Shown piece after piece: positions 11,721 to 25,553 of a stretch of DNA of 64,000 bases. The stretch comes from Octopus vulgaris (Eukaryota), in contig OX597828.1 in the NCBI GenBank assembly GCA_951406725.2, positions 8,556,001 to 8,620,000 of the forward strand, given 5' to 3'. Below the pieces are notes generated by a model. The model worked only from the letters and a program-made list of their open reading frames with translations. It was not told the origin of the DNA and made no database searches. The position numbers and the translations under genes were made by a program. Within the stretch, counting starts at the first letter, position 1, and the number at the start of each line of letters is the position of its first letter.

Positions 11721-12134
11721 TGTGTGAGTTGCTCCATCTCTACACCAGGCCTTCTCTGTTATGCGCTTGCTTAGGTGATCAGATATGCACGCATATAGAA
11801 ATACTAACACATAGACATGAAATATATTACATCATATCTAACCATATAAATGTTTAGCTAAATGTCTATCTGCGTCTTTTATTTATTTCTCTATATTTTA
11901 GACTTAGAATGCCATTCGCTGGTATATTATACATGCACTATTTACGCATTTATGAATTTGAAGGGATAAGGTAGCATCTCTGTAAGCAGCTGAATGTGAG
12001 TGAGGTATTTGTTTTCACGTGACATAAGTGCAGATTAATGACATTATTTTCGCATTATATGACGTCAACAATTGAGCGTTTTTTTGTTTTTTGGTTTTGC
12101 AATATATATCAACTCCAGATTCAGGACGTACATT

Positions 12135-12398
12135 ATGAATTGGAAATCATTCATATATTTAGAAAATAATCAGATGAGATTCTGCAAGTGTTTAACCGAA
12201 ACATGGCGTAACTTTAAACGCCAAGGATGGCAAATCCTCTCCGGATCCTATGAATTGTACAGCAAAGCATGTAACATATTTTCCACTAGTGTCGATCAGA
12301 CATGGATAGAATATTGTAATTCTAAACAAAATGACAAATGCGTTCTTTTGGACAAGGAATGGGACTTGCTTTGGAGTCCTGACATATGCAACATCTAA
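12135..12398 (+). CDS. Candidate 87-aa microprotein (Trp/Cys-rich)
   Basis: ATG 12135 to TAA 12398 in unique sequence. A T-rich tract and CAG acceptor-like site lie at 12117-12118. Weak end-to-end similarity to 6696-6917. No expression evidence. Confidence 0.35.
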   Translation: MNWKSFIYLENNQMRFCKCLTETWRNFKRQGWQILSGSYELYSKACNIFSTSVDQTWIEYCNSKQNDKCVLLDKEWDLLWSPDICNI

Positions 12399-12785
12399 GG
12401 GAACATGAGCATGCCGTAGCCGTGAAGATTTTTGGAAGAATAAAATATTTTCCACAAAGAAATTCAAAATTTTGAAATTTGTTTGTACAGATGATCCCTG
12501 TTATCGTTTTACATCCATGCAGTAGAAAACGCAAATTTAAAAGATGTCTATGACAGATGAAAAGCAGAAAAAAAAAGAGAAAAGAGAATTTGTGTGGAGC
12601 AACAGATGACCATCGTTTAGTACACATCTTTGGCATGTTCAGTAAAGGGAGTTATTGGAATATATTTTAAAAACATATATGCAGATTTGGAGGTGTTATT
12701 ATTGCAACTATGTATATAGATATAGTATATACATACATATATATATATATACTTTATATAATCTCTCTCTCTCTCTCTCTCTCCC

Positions 12786-12817
<32 letters not shown>

Positions 12818-12820
<3 letters not shown>

Positions 12821-14186
12821 TGCGTTTCAATTTATTAAGGACGTAACATAGAAACTAAAGTCATTTGACAATTTTATGTCAGCTTACACCGTTTTTACTT
12901 TTAGCGAGGTGTAATTAAAACTCATATAAGCAAGATTTTTTATGTATATACTGAAATGTACACTTACAATCGTAGACCGGCAAGGAATAAAAACGAACAC
13001 ACATCGTTCAAAAGTAAGGAATATATGAGCGTTTGTTTGAAATAAGTTGGTAAAGGCGAAGATCCATTTTCGGATCTCCTCTGATTTTAAACCACAAGAT
13101 GCATCCACTATTACCTGCCAGTATTTATTCTTGTTCATAAATGTGTGTGCATTCTCGTAAACTCGTCGCTTTAGAAGGCTCCACATGTTTTTTCTGTTGG
13201 GTTTAAGTCGGTGGCAGGCCACTTCATCTTCCGAGGACCAGAGAATCCTGATTGTTCAAGATACCTTGTAGTTTCCTTTACTGAAAGCGCACCATCTTGC
13301 ATGAATATTATGGTTGTTTTGAAGGGGATCTTTTGCTTATTTCGCCAAGGTTCAAGTCTCCATCAGACAGGATATCTAAGTATCCGCGGTCATTTTAATA
13401 ACGCTAGGCACTTCCAAGGACCAACCATCATACCTCCAATAATACCTGCTGTAGTCATGATGCCTCCTCCCATTTGTTGGCGTCTCCAGCCTTTACGATG
13501 ATCTCGTCCATTTACAACCCATCACTTGCTCCAACCATCAAGGGTAGCACGAGTCTCGTCCATAAATAAAAAAAAAATTTCTAAAATTCGACCTTTATAT
13601 TAACTGCTGCGCATTTCAGATGATTTTGTGAGTGTATTTTGTTTTTAAAAATTCATTTTAATTGATGTCACTGGTTTACCGACCATTTTCAGACGACGAC
13701 ATTGCGCTTGAAAAATTCTCCACTTGTAAGCACTGGGTTCTTTACAACTTCACGCTTAAATCGTGTCAGAGAACGTTGAGAAATAACAATCAACTAAGCC
13801 TCGTCGGCTACCTTCCGTATCTTCGTAAGAGCTGTAACAAATTTTTTCACAGATTGGTGATATCTTCCAATTTTATAAAAATATTTGTAATGTTGATTTA
13901 CCTTTTGCAAGTTCAGAAGTAGTAACAGACTTCTCTGAAGCAGTTCAGTCACATTCACGACCCAAAAGTACACGATTATCAGACTACTCGTTAATAATTT
14001 GTAGCATTGACAATCTGTGGAAATTTGAAAATGGCCGCAGTTTACACTTACGCAAAATCTCGCGCTTTTACACACCACGCGCATATAAATCTTGCTATTA
14101 TTCTTTGGAAATATCATTACATTTTAAACAGTAGGTTTTAAATAAATTAGAAGAATGCTAGGTTGTTAATAATTTGAAATGCGGTC
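12818..14186 (-). mobile_element. Tc1-like DNA transposon, decayed, with terminal inverted repeats
   Basis: TIRs are CACTGCGTTTCAATTTATTAA (12818) and TTAATAATTTGAAATGCGGTC (ending 14186), with TA runs close on both sides. Remnant peptides: FMDETRATLDGWS, RRQQ.GGG.M..AGII, FMQDGA, KWPA, NMWSLLKRRVYE. Confidence 0.9.
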
Positions 14187-14221
14187 TCCATATATATATA
14201 TATCTATATATATATATATAT

Positions 14222-14525
14222 AGACACGTCTTTTTGTCTTTTCTGTAGCATGTTCTCCGTTTTTAGTCTTTGTTGCCGTGTACATTCGCTAGCTTTCTTA
14301 CAAAGGGAACTAGTGCTCTTTGCTTAAACTTTTTGGGGGCAACCAGATCGAATCGTCTCAAGTGTAACTGCCCGAAACGGTTGTGACTTCTGGAACATGA
14401 CTGAGGAAAGAAAGCCACGAATGACCCCCCATTTTTTGCCTGTCCTTCTAATTGTTGCTTCTCTTGTCCGCCGTTGTATCGTCAATCTGTCCGAATGTTT
14501 TATTGTTCTCTATTGCGTTTTTGTT

Positions 14526-14559
<34 letters not shown>

Positions 14560-16507
14560 GCGTGTGTGTGTGTACCTTCGTGTGTGGGGTGCGTATGTGC
14601 GGACGTGGATGTGTGAATGTACATACATACTCGTATAAGTACGTATACATACACGCAGATATATGGGCATATATATGTACTTATATACATATATACCCAC
14701 ACAACTACCACCCCTTCATACTCCCCTCCAACAACACAACTAATTTCTTGTCCAACACGCGGTCGATTTCTTGTTTTCCATACGGTCAATTTCCTGCTGA
14801 CCATGCGGTATTTATTGTCGCTAGACTACCACTATCAAACCGCTATACCGCGTTACCTTTCTCGACCAATCGTCGACTGACGTACAGTAATAAACATTGA
14901 CTCCCTTCAATGAAACACTTATTTAGACTCCAGTGGCAAAACACTAGCCATATGCTTGAAACTTAGGGTACCAAGGAGTCCGGATCAAACTATTTGGATC
15001 TATGCATGTAAGACCCCAATAAATATGTTGAATGCCTTTCTTTCATTTGTTTGCTCACTCTTATAATTGCTCCAAACTCTGCTGAGAGCTATTCACGAGC
15101 ATCTGACTAACAATTTGCAATGGACAGACAACTATTAACGTACTCGCTGAGTATGTGATGCACGGAGAAGACCGATAGTGTCATCAAATGAAAGCGCTGG
15201 AAAGCTTTCTTCTACGAGTACACTTCCACTACTACAACTCCGGATAAGTTTGACTTTAAATCTCGAAAGTGCCCCAAGTGTATGAAAGACCTTGAGAAAT
15301 TCTCGACTGACTAATGGAACATTGCAAAGAAGGTAAGTTTTCGGCATTATTCTCACCCCTTCCTTACATCCTTAAATAACTACATGACCAGCCAATGACT
15401 TGAAGGGAAGATATTACCAGAACTTCCTTTAGATCCAGAGACAAAGAGAACTCCACTTGCTTGCCACGCTATTATCTACAGGCCGCCATGTATTTACCCG
15501 GTGCCCCTAATTATCAGCTGCACATTCGCTTAAAACTACATAACATCTACCAACCCGCTGTATGATTCAACAAGAAATAAGAGTTAACGTATTGCTGTCG
15601 TCAACGTACAACCATCTCGTAATCGTCAAGGCACTAGTCGCCGACAACTCCGATATATATCCTTACTACAAGCCACAACTAGCACCACCTGGACCAAGGC
15701 CACCGTCACAAATTAATCCGCATGACAGCACTGCAAATCACCAATACTCAACACTTCTCCATGCCTGACTACCTTCATAGTTTCACCCAGTGTACATCAC
15801 CTGTTGTTCATGACCACGCTCGAATATGTGTGCACATATTCACACGTGTGTGTGCATGTATGTACAGGTACACAGTGTTGAAACGCTTGCGTGTGCGTAT
15901 GCGGCTGTGCATTCGCACATACATGCAGATAAATGTGTGCACATGCGTGTTATCCGTGTGTATGTGTATGCGTGTGTGTATATGTGTCCACCTGTGTGTG
16001 TGTGGCTTCATGTGTATATATATATGTGTGTGTGCGAGCATGCACGCGCGGAAGTGGATGTGTGAATGTACATCTAAGCACGGATACACACTCGTGTAAG
16101 CACGGATGGATATATGCAGATTCATGGGCATATACATGCACATATATATACATACATAAATACCCCCACATCTACAACCCTTTCATTTTCCACCCAACCA
16201 TCGTCCGATTTCTTATCCACCACCCGGTCGATTTCCTGTTCACCATGCAGTATTTTCGAACTAATTGTTGTCGTTGAAATACCGACACCAAACCGCTACA
16301 ACGCGTTGCCAATCCCGACGAAATGCAGGCTGACGTACACTAATAAACATCGACCCTCTTCCATGGAATTCTCTTTCAGATCCCTATGGCCGAAGACTAG
16401 CCACACGTTTGACTATCAGAGTAGCAATGAGTCTGGATCAAACTGCTTCGATCAATATAAGTAACTCCCAATAGATGTGTTGATTGCCCTTCTTTCGTTT
16501 GTCTACT
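14222..16507 (+). mobile_element. Penelope-like element, internally deleted, with tandem duplication of its 5' region
   Basis: About 15120-15350 translates to TYSL..EKTDSVIK*KRWKAFFYE..DKFDFKSRKCP..KDLEKF..D*WNIAKKVSFR, resembling the N-terminus of Penelope-type RT ORFs. About 14590-15058 is repeated, diverged, at about 16040-16507. Confidence 0.7.
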
Positions 16508-16819
16508 CAAGTGTTTTCTACTATAGCTTCGGGCCGACCAAAGGCTTGTGAGTGGATTTGGTAGACGGAAATGTATACATATATATATGTATATGTGTGT
16601 GTATATGTTTATGTGCCTGTGTTTGTCCCCCAACATCGCTTGACAACCGATGCTGGTGTGTTTACGTCCTCGTAACTTAGCGATTAGGCAAAAGAGACCG
16701 ATAGAATAAGTACTAGGCTTACAAAAAATAAGTCCTGGGATCGATTTGCTCGACTAAAAAGGCCGTGCTCCAGCATGGCCGCAGTCAAATGACTGAAACA
16801 AGTATAAGAGTAAAGAGTA
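16508..16819 (+). mobile_element. SINE family A, 5' truncated
   Basis: Matches family A from caagtg..ctactatagc to the tail. It cuts off the second Penelope repeat. Confidence 0.9.
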
Positions 16820-17173
16820 TATAATACAGCTACAAAATGAAATACGGTGTCCCTAGCTGTAACTAATATGAACGAGAAAGTTTCCAGCAATGGTTTAACC
16901 TGTAATGTCACGCAGTTACATTTATTGGGTATTTAAGCAAAGTATTCCTGGATGGTTAATTGGCTGGAAATGGTGCTGAAGCAGAAGCAAGAAACCCTCA
17001 AGTATGCATATATACACCCAATACCTATTTTATCTATCCTTGATCGCATTATTTATGTCTTAACTTTCAACGCTGGCTCTAAATGTTAGAGGAAATTTGT
17101 CGAGATAAACCTAAAAGATATATAATTATAAATAAATATGTAGATAGACGTACTTATATATATAGATAGACGT

Positions 17174-17226
<53 letters not shown>

Positions 17227-17345
17227 CGGTCTGCTCGCTTAGCCAGCGGGGCGGCGTCATTTGAGGGCTAAAACAATGCGAAGCGCATTGTGACCAGCGA
17301 TGTGTAGAAACATTTGATGGCCTGATCGGTCACGTTGTTACGTGG
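17227..17345 (+). mobile_element. SINE family C 3' fragment between TA repeats
   Basis: Matches 38658-38776. Confidence 0.85.
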
Positions 17346-17360
17346 AATATACATGCATAC

Positions 17361-17405
<45 letters not shown>

Positions 17406-19688
17406 TGCGTGTGTGTACTTAAATATTCCTACACATGCACTGATACACATAGACGTACACGCCTTCTTTTCCGTTATTAATCAGCATTATACAAATTATT
17501 TGTTGTTCAGAAATATCTTGATCCTCCTAGACGCGGCTGATCACAACAATGAATACAAATTCTCAATAGTGTTGTTTACTTTTGAACTGGATTCTACTGA
17601 AGAATGATATCTAAATTTACTGACGGTTTCTCTTTTCTCTTTCCGTGTGTGAAGTAATTTTAATGCATTCGAAATTGTTTGCTAGGCATTGAAGATCGAA
17701 CAGCCGTTTCCATTAACGTCTATTTTCTCTTCAATAAATAACATTTCATATTTGTCGCATGAACCCTTGAGAAAGGCATGAGTGTCACATATTGGTTTCT
17801 TTTTATGGCATTAAAATAAATCTTTTCAAGCTTTCTTTCATGCAGATATCGTTGATTTTATTCTTTTTGCAATGAAATTGAACACTCTTATTGAATGGAC
17901 TTTTGAATTTGTGAACTAAGCTTTAATATTCTTTGTTCACTTGTGAAACTTTATAACAGATACAAATACTTCTAATTGCAAGAATATCTTGACGCATTCC
18001 AGAAATATTATTGTATATCACTGTACAAGAATTTATTTGAAGGCCATTTAAAGCTGACAACACTTTAAAAAGGAAATAATTGAAGTCAGTGATCAATGTT
18101 ATAAAACCGAAGAAATAAAACCTGCGCTTTCCACGTTATGCCCTATGGACATTAACTTCACTCTAATCAACGACGTCATTGCGATTTTCTTACGAAATAA
18201 TGGATGAAAACCAATATCTTTTAGCTGTAACCATTAGTGAATCACCTCATCATTTGCCAACCTATGCCAACAGCTTCTACTCCTCCCGGCTTTCTCGTCC
18301 ACTCTTTAACCTTTTGATAATCATTCTGGAGAAAAACATTACGTGCATTATTATCATCATGCACAAATCTACTAAATCTCGAATTTTCACCAGCCACCTT
18401 AAATTTCCCCAAAGACGCACTGGTAATTATTTCTAGGTTACTGGATGTTCAATTATCACCTATTTCTAAAGATTACCTTCACCGAGTCTATCAATAACTA
18501 TTTCACATTCGTAGCCTGGTTCATTGCTTTGTTTAGATATAGTTCTTTATTCTTAATCTACTTTTGGTATGATGACGATATATAAAACAGCATTCATTTA
18601 CTGAGTAGTCAAATTTGGCGAACTCTTTAACATGCCTGATTCGTCAGCAAGTTATAATCTTTCTTTGGAAAATACAGTATACTTTCATAATGCATAAAAT
18701 GAGACTAACTGGATATAGTGTGTATATGCGTACATATTTTCTGTTTGATCCATGCGCACTACATTAATTTTTAAATACTTTAGCTTAATGAACTGTGTGA
18801 CACAGCTTAAATGTTAATATTACTTTCAAACAAATTGTTAGTTTGTACGCAGTTTATGACGTTGGCAAATGGTAAAATACTGGCATGTCTTTTACGTTCT
18901 TTTACTTGTTACAGCCATCGGATTGTAGCCATGCTGGGTTGCCGCTTTAAATGATATTAGTCAAACAAATCGACAGGAAACTTGTATTTGAAATCGAGTG
19001 CATGTTCTTTCTTTTGACGAACTACTATGTTTCGGGAACATGAAAAAAACACCCATTGCCAAAACGGTATAGGAATGAACACACACACACACACACACAC
19101 ATACACACATACACACACACATACACACACACATAAAATGAAGCGCGCGCATGCGGACCCACGTGGTTGCAAAATAAACTGCTTAACCTCACAGTCATGC
19201 TGGCTCGTTTAATACATTTGGTATTTAGTTTTCTCGTGAAGAATATACTAATCCAATAAATAATTTTCAAGGAAATGAGAGACCAATAACATTTCTATTC
19301 TCAGAAGAAAAGATTTCATTGAATTTATTCCTCTAACACATTGGGTTCGACATGAACTTTCATACTATTTGTCTTCCCTTAAAACGTTACAACTTGTGCT
19401 CAGTAATCAACGAGAGAAAATTGTTCATTATCACCAATTTGTTAAATATTGATCTTCTTCGTAAGTATACCTAAAATTTGTATACGAGAAAATAATTCAC
19501 TGAGGTTTTACGCTTTCCTAAATGTGTTTAAAACATTAAAAGAAGTTGTTTAACCAGAATTGGAAACCTTGCCGTGGTGGTGATGGTGGGTCTTCTGAAC
19601 ATGGCATTGAAATTAAAGCTATCGGATTCAAAAGTCTCCGTTATCGAAAACTGATACGGCATTCGGATTTGTAAAACGGGTCTTATGC

Positions 19689-19929
<241 letters not shown>

Positions 19930-19935
19930 CGTTAT

Positions 19936-20118
19936 CTCGCTGGGGAAAATGCTTAGCTTTTTGTCGTCCGTCTTTATGTTCTAATTCCGCCATGATCGAC
20001 TTCTCCTTTTATCCTTTCCGTGTCAATAAAATAAGTGCCAGTTGAGCACTGGGAGTGATGTAATTGACTTACCCACTCCCACGAAACTGCAGGCCTTATT
20101 CCAAACTTTGAAAGCAAT
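19936..20118 (+). mobile_element. SINE family B, degenerate
   Basis: aaatgcttagc...ttttatcctttcc..gtcaataaaataagtgccagttgagcactggg matches the family B core. Confidence 0.75.
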
Positions 20119-21419
20119 ATATCACAAATTGAAAGAGGGACATATCAATGAATTTTTCCTGCTACACATACAATCAAAATGACATTAAGAGATTCCCACT
20201 GCAATTTTGAATTAAGTTATAACCAACTTAAATCAATATATTTTCTCTAATTTAAGATAGGTAGACGTTACTTTGATCGCAAATACATTTCCTCCAGGCA
20301 TAAGATATTTTTACATAAAAAGCTTCATCGATACCAACGTGAAGTTAGTCCACATTTCATAAACGTATTTCCAATTATATAAAACAGCCTAATAGATGAT
20401 TTCTTTAATTAAAGATTCCCTTATATTTTGTTTTCTTTTACTAATGTAAGAATTCATATTTCTGTAAGAGATTATTATTTGAGAGACACAAGAAAGGAGA
20501 GAAAGAAAGAGGGGCCAGGATGAAGAAAGTATTAATACAAACATCGCAGCGTATTTCGGTTACATATATTCGTAATGGCGAAATGACACAGATAGGTACT
20601 GCAAATATTGTACAAGGAGGTGGTCAAGAAGAGATATGAGGAGATTATACAAACGTTTCTGATGGCAAAAGTCTTCCTGTATCAACCTGGAAGGAAAACT
20701 AGCCAAGAGTTACACAATTCACAACCTACCGTCTCAAAAGCCTAGAGGACATAATTACTAAGGTATGACTACATGCTTGTCGTTCTTAAACATAACTGTA
20801 TTCATGCGTACATACTGTAACTAGACCTACTTTAGTTATTCGATATACTCATGGTGTTTGGCGGATCTAAAATAGTCATACATTTGGCAATGTATGACTA
20901 TTGGCTTGTCTTTCTTAACCATAACCTCCTCCGTGCATACATACTGTATTTAGACATACTTCTATTATTCAGTAACATAGGATGTGATTTGAGGACCTCT
21001 ATTGTCGAAATGCCGATGTGGTCCACGTATAACAAAAACACGATGAACAACTGTTGTTAGGGGTTTTGTCCTGAATCTTACCGCCCCAAATCTCCCAAGA
21101 GCAATGGAACACGGATATCACGCGTTATGTATGTACGTATACACACACGCACACACACACACACGCATACACACACGCACACACACACACAGATATAAAT
21201 ATAGAGAGAGGGAGACAGAAAGAATAGAGAGAGGGGGGAATAATACAAAAAAAGCGAACAACGAAAGGAGACATAACAATGAACAGAACTTAATAAAATT
21301 AGTAATTGCAAAATAAGGAAGGAAAAAATATATTTACAAATAACGGGAAATTAATCGGTATGTAAAAAATATACAAAATATGAGAACCCGTACATATATA
21401 TGTATATATACCTATATAC

Positions 21420-21503
<84 letters not shown>

Positions 21504-21812
21504 GAAGCTACACTCGCCAGAACCAATAAATAACGAAAACAAATCCCCACATAGTCTTATGTAAATTTTTGCAGAAAATTATGTATATTTCTCAGTCTAG
21601 GTAAACTCTCGTTAAACGCATATTAACAATACATTTTCAACCTGAGAACCTTGGAAATAGGTTGTTTTGCATTTTATAACTGCGTAGTCTGCGGGACTTC
21701 TTTTCTGATATAAGAAGTACTTTAGTTATATTTGCTTGCATAGATATATACTTAAGGAGAGTGTAAGAAAATTGATATATAGACAAATGAATAAATACGC
21801 AAACTACTTGTG

Positions 21813-21897
<85 letters not shown>

Positions 21898-22454
21898 CTG
21901 TGTGTGTGTTTGTGTGTTTGTGTTTGTGTTTTTGTGTTTGTATGTGTGTCTATTTGTATGTGTGTGCATATATATATATATGTACACACTTATATCGAAA
22001 GAGAGAGGGAGAGGTGGAGGGAGAGAAAGAAAGATTGATATCCCTTTTTCTGTCTACCTGTCTGAGTCTCTCACTCTCTCTCTCTCTCTGCGTTCATAAC
22101 GGTTTCGTAGCTGTTATGTGTCTGATAAAGGCTACTCAAACAAAACTTTCGAAGTTACTATGAACCATCTCGTTATAATATAAAACAAAATATAATAATC
22201 TATTATGATCTTTTAATTTAATCTGTGAATGTGTTTGACACATAACTATACATAAGTAAAGCCTTAAAACATATACATTCACGTGTGTGTGTATGTGTGA
22301 GTGTTTGTGTGTGTACCTGTGTATGTGTGTGTGTGTGTGTGTATGTGTGTTTGTCAGCATTTAGGCCACGTGCATATGTGTACCTGTTTCGTAGAAAATT
22401 GAGAGAGCTTTCTAACATTAGTTGATAGATTGCTGTACATATTATTACATAAAG

Positions 22455-22582
22455 CGAAGTGGACTTTGGCTTTCATCCACTCGGGGTCGACAAAATCAGT
22501 ACCAGTTAAATACTAGGGTCGATGTAATTGACTTACACCTGTCACCGTAATTGCTGGCCTTGTGCCAAAATTTCAAACGATT
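22455..22582 (+). mobile_element. SINE family B fragment
   Basis: gactttggctttcatcc..ggggtcgacaaaatcagtaccagt matches the family B core. Confidence 0.75.
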
Positions 22583-22913
22583 ATTACGTATGCAATGTTG
22601 TAACACCGACATACATGCAGACACACCAAGACATACACGCGCATACACAATTGAACAATTGAGGCCCCAAATGTTTATGTATGTATTAATATATGTATGT
22701 ATGTATGCATGAATGTGTACGTATGCATGAACGTATTTGTAAAAGTTTGAGGTTGGGAAGAAATAGCTGCCTTCAAGTAATTAATAACACACTGGCTAAG
22801 AATATATATCAACTAACCATTCAAACACAGAAAAGTGCAAGAGATTGTTTGCCCTAACACTATAACGAGAAAAGACATAGTATTATACGACATTTAAAAA
22901 AATAAATAAATAA

Positions 22914-22960
<47 letters not shown>

Positions 22961-23744
22961 TAATAAAAATCTTTATAGCTTCCTTCACTGTGTTACTTGC
23001 TATAATTTTTCACCTTTCAGCTTAAGAAAGAAAAAAAGAAATACTAAAACCTACCGCCTCCCGCCGCTTGCTAATATCGTTACGCAAATGTATGCACACC
23101 CCTGTTATTTCTTTGTTTTTTTTTTACATTTTATCTATTTATTTATTTGTTTTTTTTTTCAGAAAACTTCTTTTTATGCAGCCACACAAATTTTCGCATG
23201 TGTCAACGTCTTCAATAAAACTTGACCTAAGTATAAGAAAAAACAAAAAAAAAAACAAAAATGTAAATTTAGCAGTCATTGCCATTACCAAAACAGTCGT
23301 TACCACTTCCGTACCACCTGAGGATTAACGATGAAATTAATCACTGGCTGTCTCCTCACCATGGCCACCACTACACACAACTTTACGAAGAACAGCACAA
23401 TACACTCATCATCATATCCGACAATAATAGAATAGAATGACAACCACTACTAATAACCACTGCTGTTACTATTATTAACTCCAATGATTGTTTTTAACAC
23501 AAAAATGTCAGAGATGTGAGGGGAACCATTAGTTCAATGCATCGAATTTAGTGTTTGAGTAGTTTTACTTCATATAATCCGAAAAGATGAAATGAGAATT
23601 TGACCTCAGTAAAATTCGAACGCATGACCCACAGGGCCGCGTAAAACACCAAAAGGAAATTAATTGGGCACTGCGTTCAGTCCATCCACATTTTTCCAAC
23701 ATTATCCTTAATATGGATATACGTTCTAAGAGAGGTAGCAGAAT

Positions 23745-24290
23745 AAGGCGGCGAGCTGGCAGAAACGTTAACACGCCGGGCGAAATGCTTAGCAGTATTT
23801 CGTCTGTCGTTACGTTCTGAGTTCAAATTCTGCTGGGGTCGACTTTACCTTTCATCTTTCGGGGTCGATTAAATAAATACCAGTTACGCACTGGGGTTGA
23901 TATAATCGACTTAATCCGTTTTTCTGTCCTTGCTTGTCCCTTCTGTGTTTACCCTCTTGTGGATAGTAAAGAAATATGTATTTCGTCTGCCGTTACGTTC
24001 TGAGTTCAAATTCCTCCAAGGTTGACTTTGTCTTTTATCCTTTCGGTGTCGATAAATTAAGAACCAGTTACGCACTTAATGTCCATGTTTGTCCCTCTCT
24101 ATATTTAGCCCCTTGTGGGCAATGAAGAAATAAGAATCGTTGGCGCTCCAGGCAAAATGCCGAGCGGTATTGCACCCATCTTTATTCTTTGAGTGCAAAT
24201 TTCGCCGTTGTTTACACTGCTTTTTATCCTTTCGGGATCGATGAAATAAGTACCAAAAGAAATTCCTGTCCTTGTGCCAAAACTTGAAAT
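23745..24290 (+). mobile_element. SINE family B, three tandem units
   Basis: One full unit at 23745-23975, then 5'-truncated units at about 23978-24131 and 24132-24290. Confidence 0.85.
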
Positions 24291-25149
24291 CATATAGATG
24301 CAAGATCTCAAAATAATGCAAAGGCAGTTAGTCGATTAAATTGAATGCATAACGTGTACCAAGTACTTCATTTTCTCGATCACGAAAGGATAGATGACAA
24401 AATTGTCAAGGAATTTGAAGTTGCAGCATAAAAGTCTAATAATTAAATGTTACATAGCCTTTTGTTCAACAACCTGCCAAGTTATTTGTTAGCGGCAAAG
24501 TGTTAAAAATTTAAATCATTAAATACAATCTACGTTGAGCACAGGAGCATTGAAATATATGTGGGATGGGACTGTCAGTTTAAATAATGACGAGCGGAGG
24601 GGTAAAAGGAATTGCACCATTAAAACGCGGACAAATTATACATTCATAACACGCACACAGTTACATAGAAATAAAAACTAAAATGTATAATGAACAGCAA
24701 TTTTCTAAAACATCATTTTAGCAGAAAAATAAACCATGGCTAGCGATTATTCACATATCCATTCTTAACACTTCTAGGTAGATTCTGACGTATAATTAGA
24801 GGAAGAAAATGTATTCTCATATGAGAATAACTTCTCTCTCTCTCTCTCTCTTAGGACGACTGTGCGTTCAACACACCCTCTAGGACACGAGTGTTTCGAC
24901 GTGTTGTTTTTCGTCAGTCAGAAGTAGCCGATACTTTGAGCCTTGACAAAACTGCTAGTTTTGAATATATTTTCTCTGTACAAATTGTTGACTTATCGGA
25001 GATATAGGGGTGAGTCAGAATGCCGTGAGCCAATGTGCCAAGTGAGTTGAACACAGTGTCGTTGTAAAAAAAGGAGAAATATCTTCCGATAACATACACT
25101 ACAATGACCAGCATACGTCTGAACCTGCTTAGACATATGAAATATAAAT

Positions 25150-25553
25150 AGGAGTGACTGTGTGGTAAGTAGATTGCTTACGAACCACATTGTTCTGGGT
25201 TCAGTCCCGCTGCGTGGCACCTTGGCCAAGTGTCTTCTACTATAGTCTCGGGCCGACCAAAGCCTTGTGAGGGGATTTGGTACACGGCAACTGAAAGAAG
25301 CCCGTCGTTTATATGTATATATATATGCTTATGTGTGAATATATGTGTGTGTCTGTGTTTGCCCCCCCCCACATCGCTTCACAACCGATGCTGGTGTGTT
25401 TACGTGCCCGTAACTTAGCGGTTCGACAAAAGAGACCGATAGAATAAGTACTAGGCTTACAAAGAATAAGTCCTGGGGCCGATTTGCTCGACTAAAGGCG
25501 TTGCTCCAGCATGGCCACAGTCAAATGACTGAAACAAGTAAAAGAGTAAAAGA
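25150..25553 (+). mobile_element. SINE family A, full length
   Basis: Head, body, internal microsatellite and tail are all present. Confidence 0.92.

Noticed and set aside
14335-14385. GGGCA...TGCCC-GAAA hammerhead-like half
   Set aside because: No CUGANGA core upstream.
22095-22140. Minus-strand GAGTAGC...GCTAC-GAAA hammerhead-like half
   Set aside because: The CUGA part of the core and stem I are missing.
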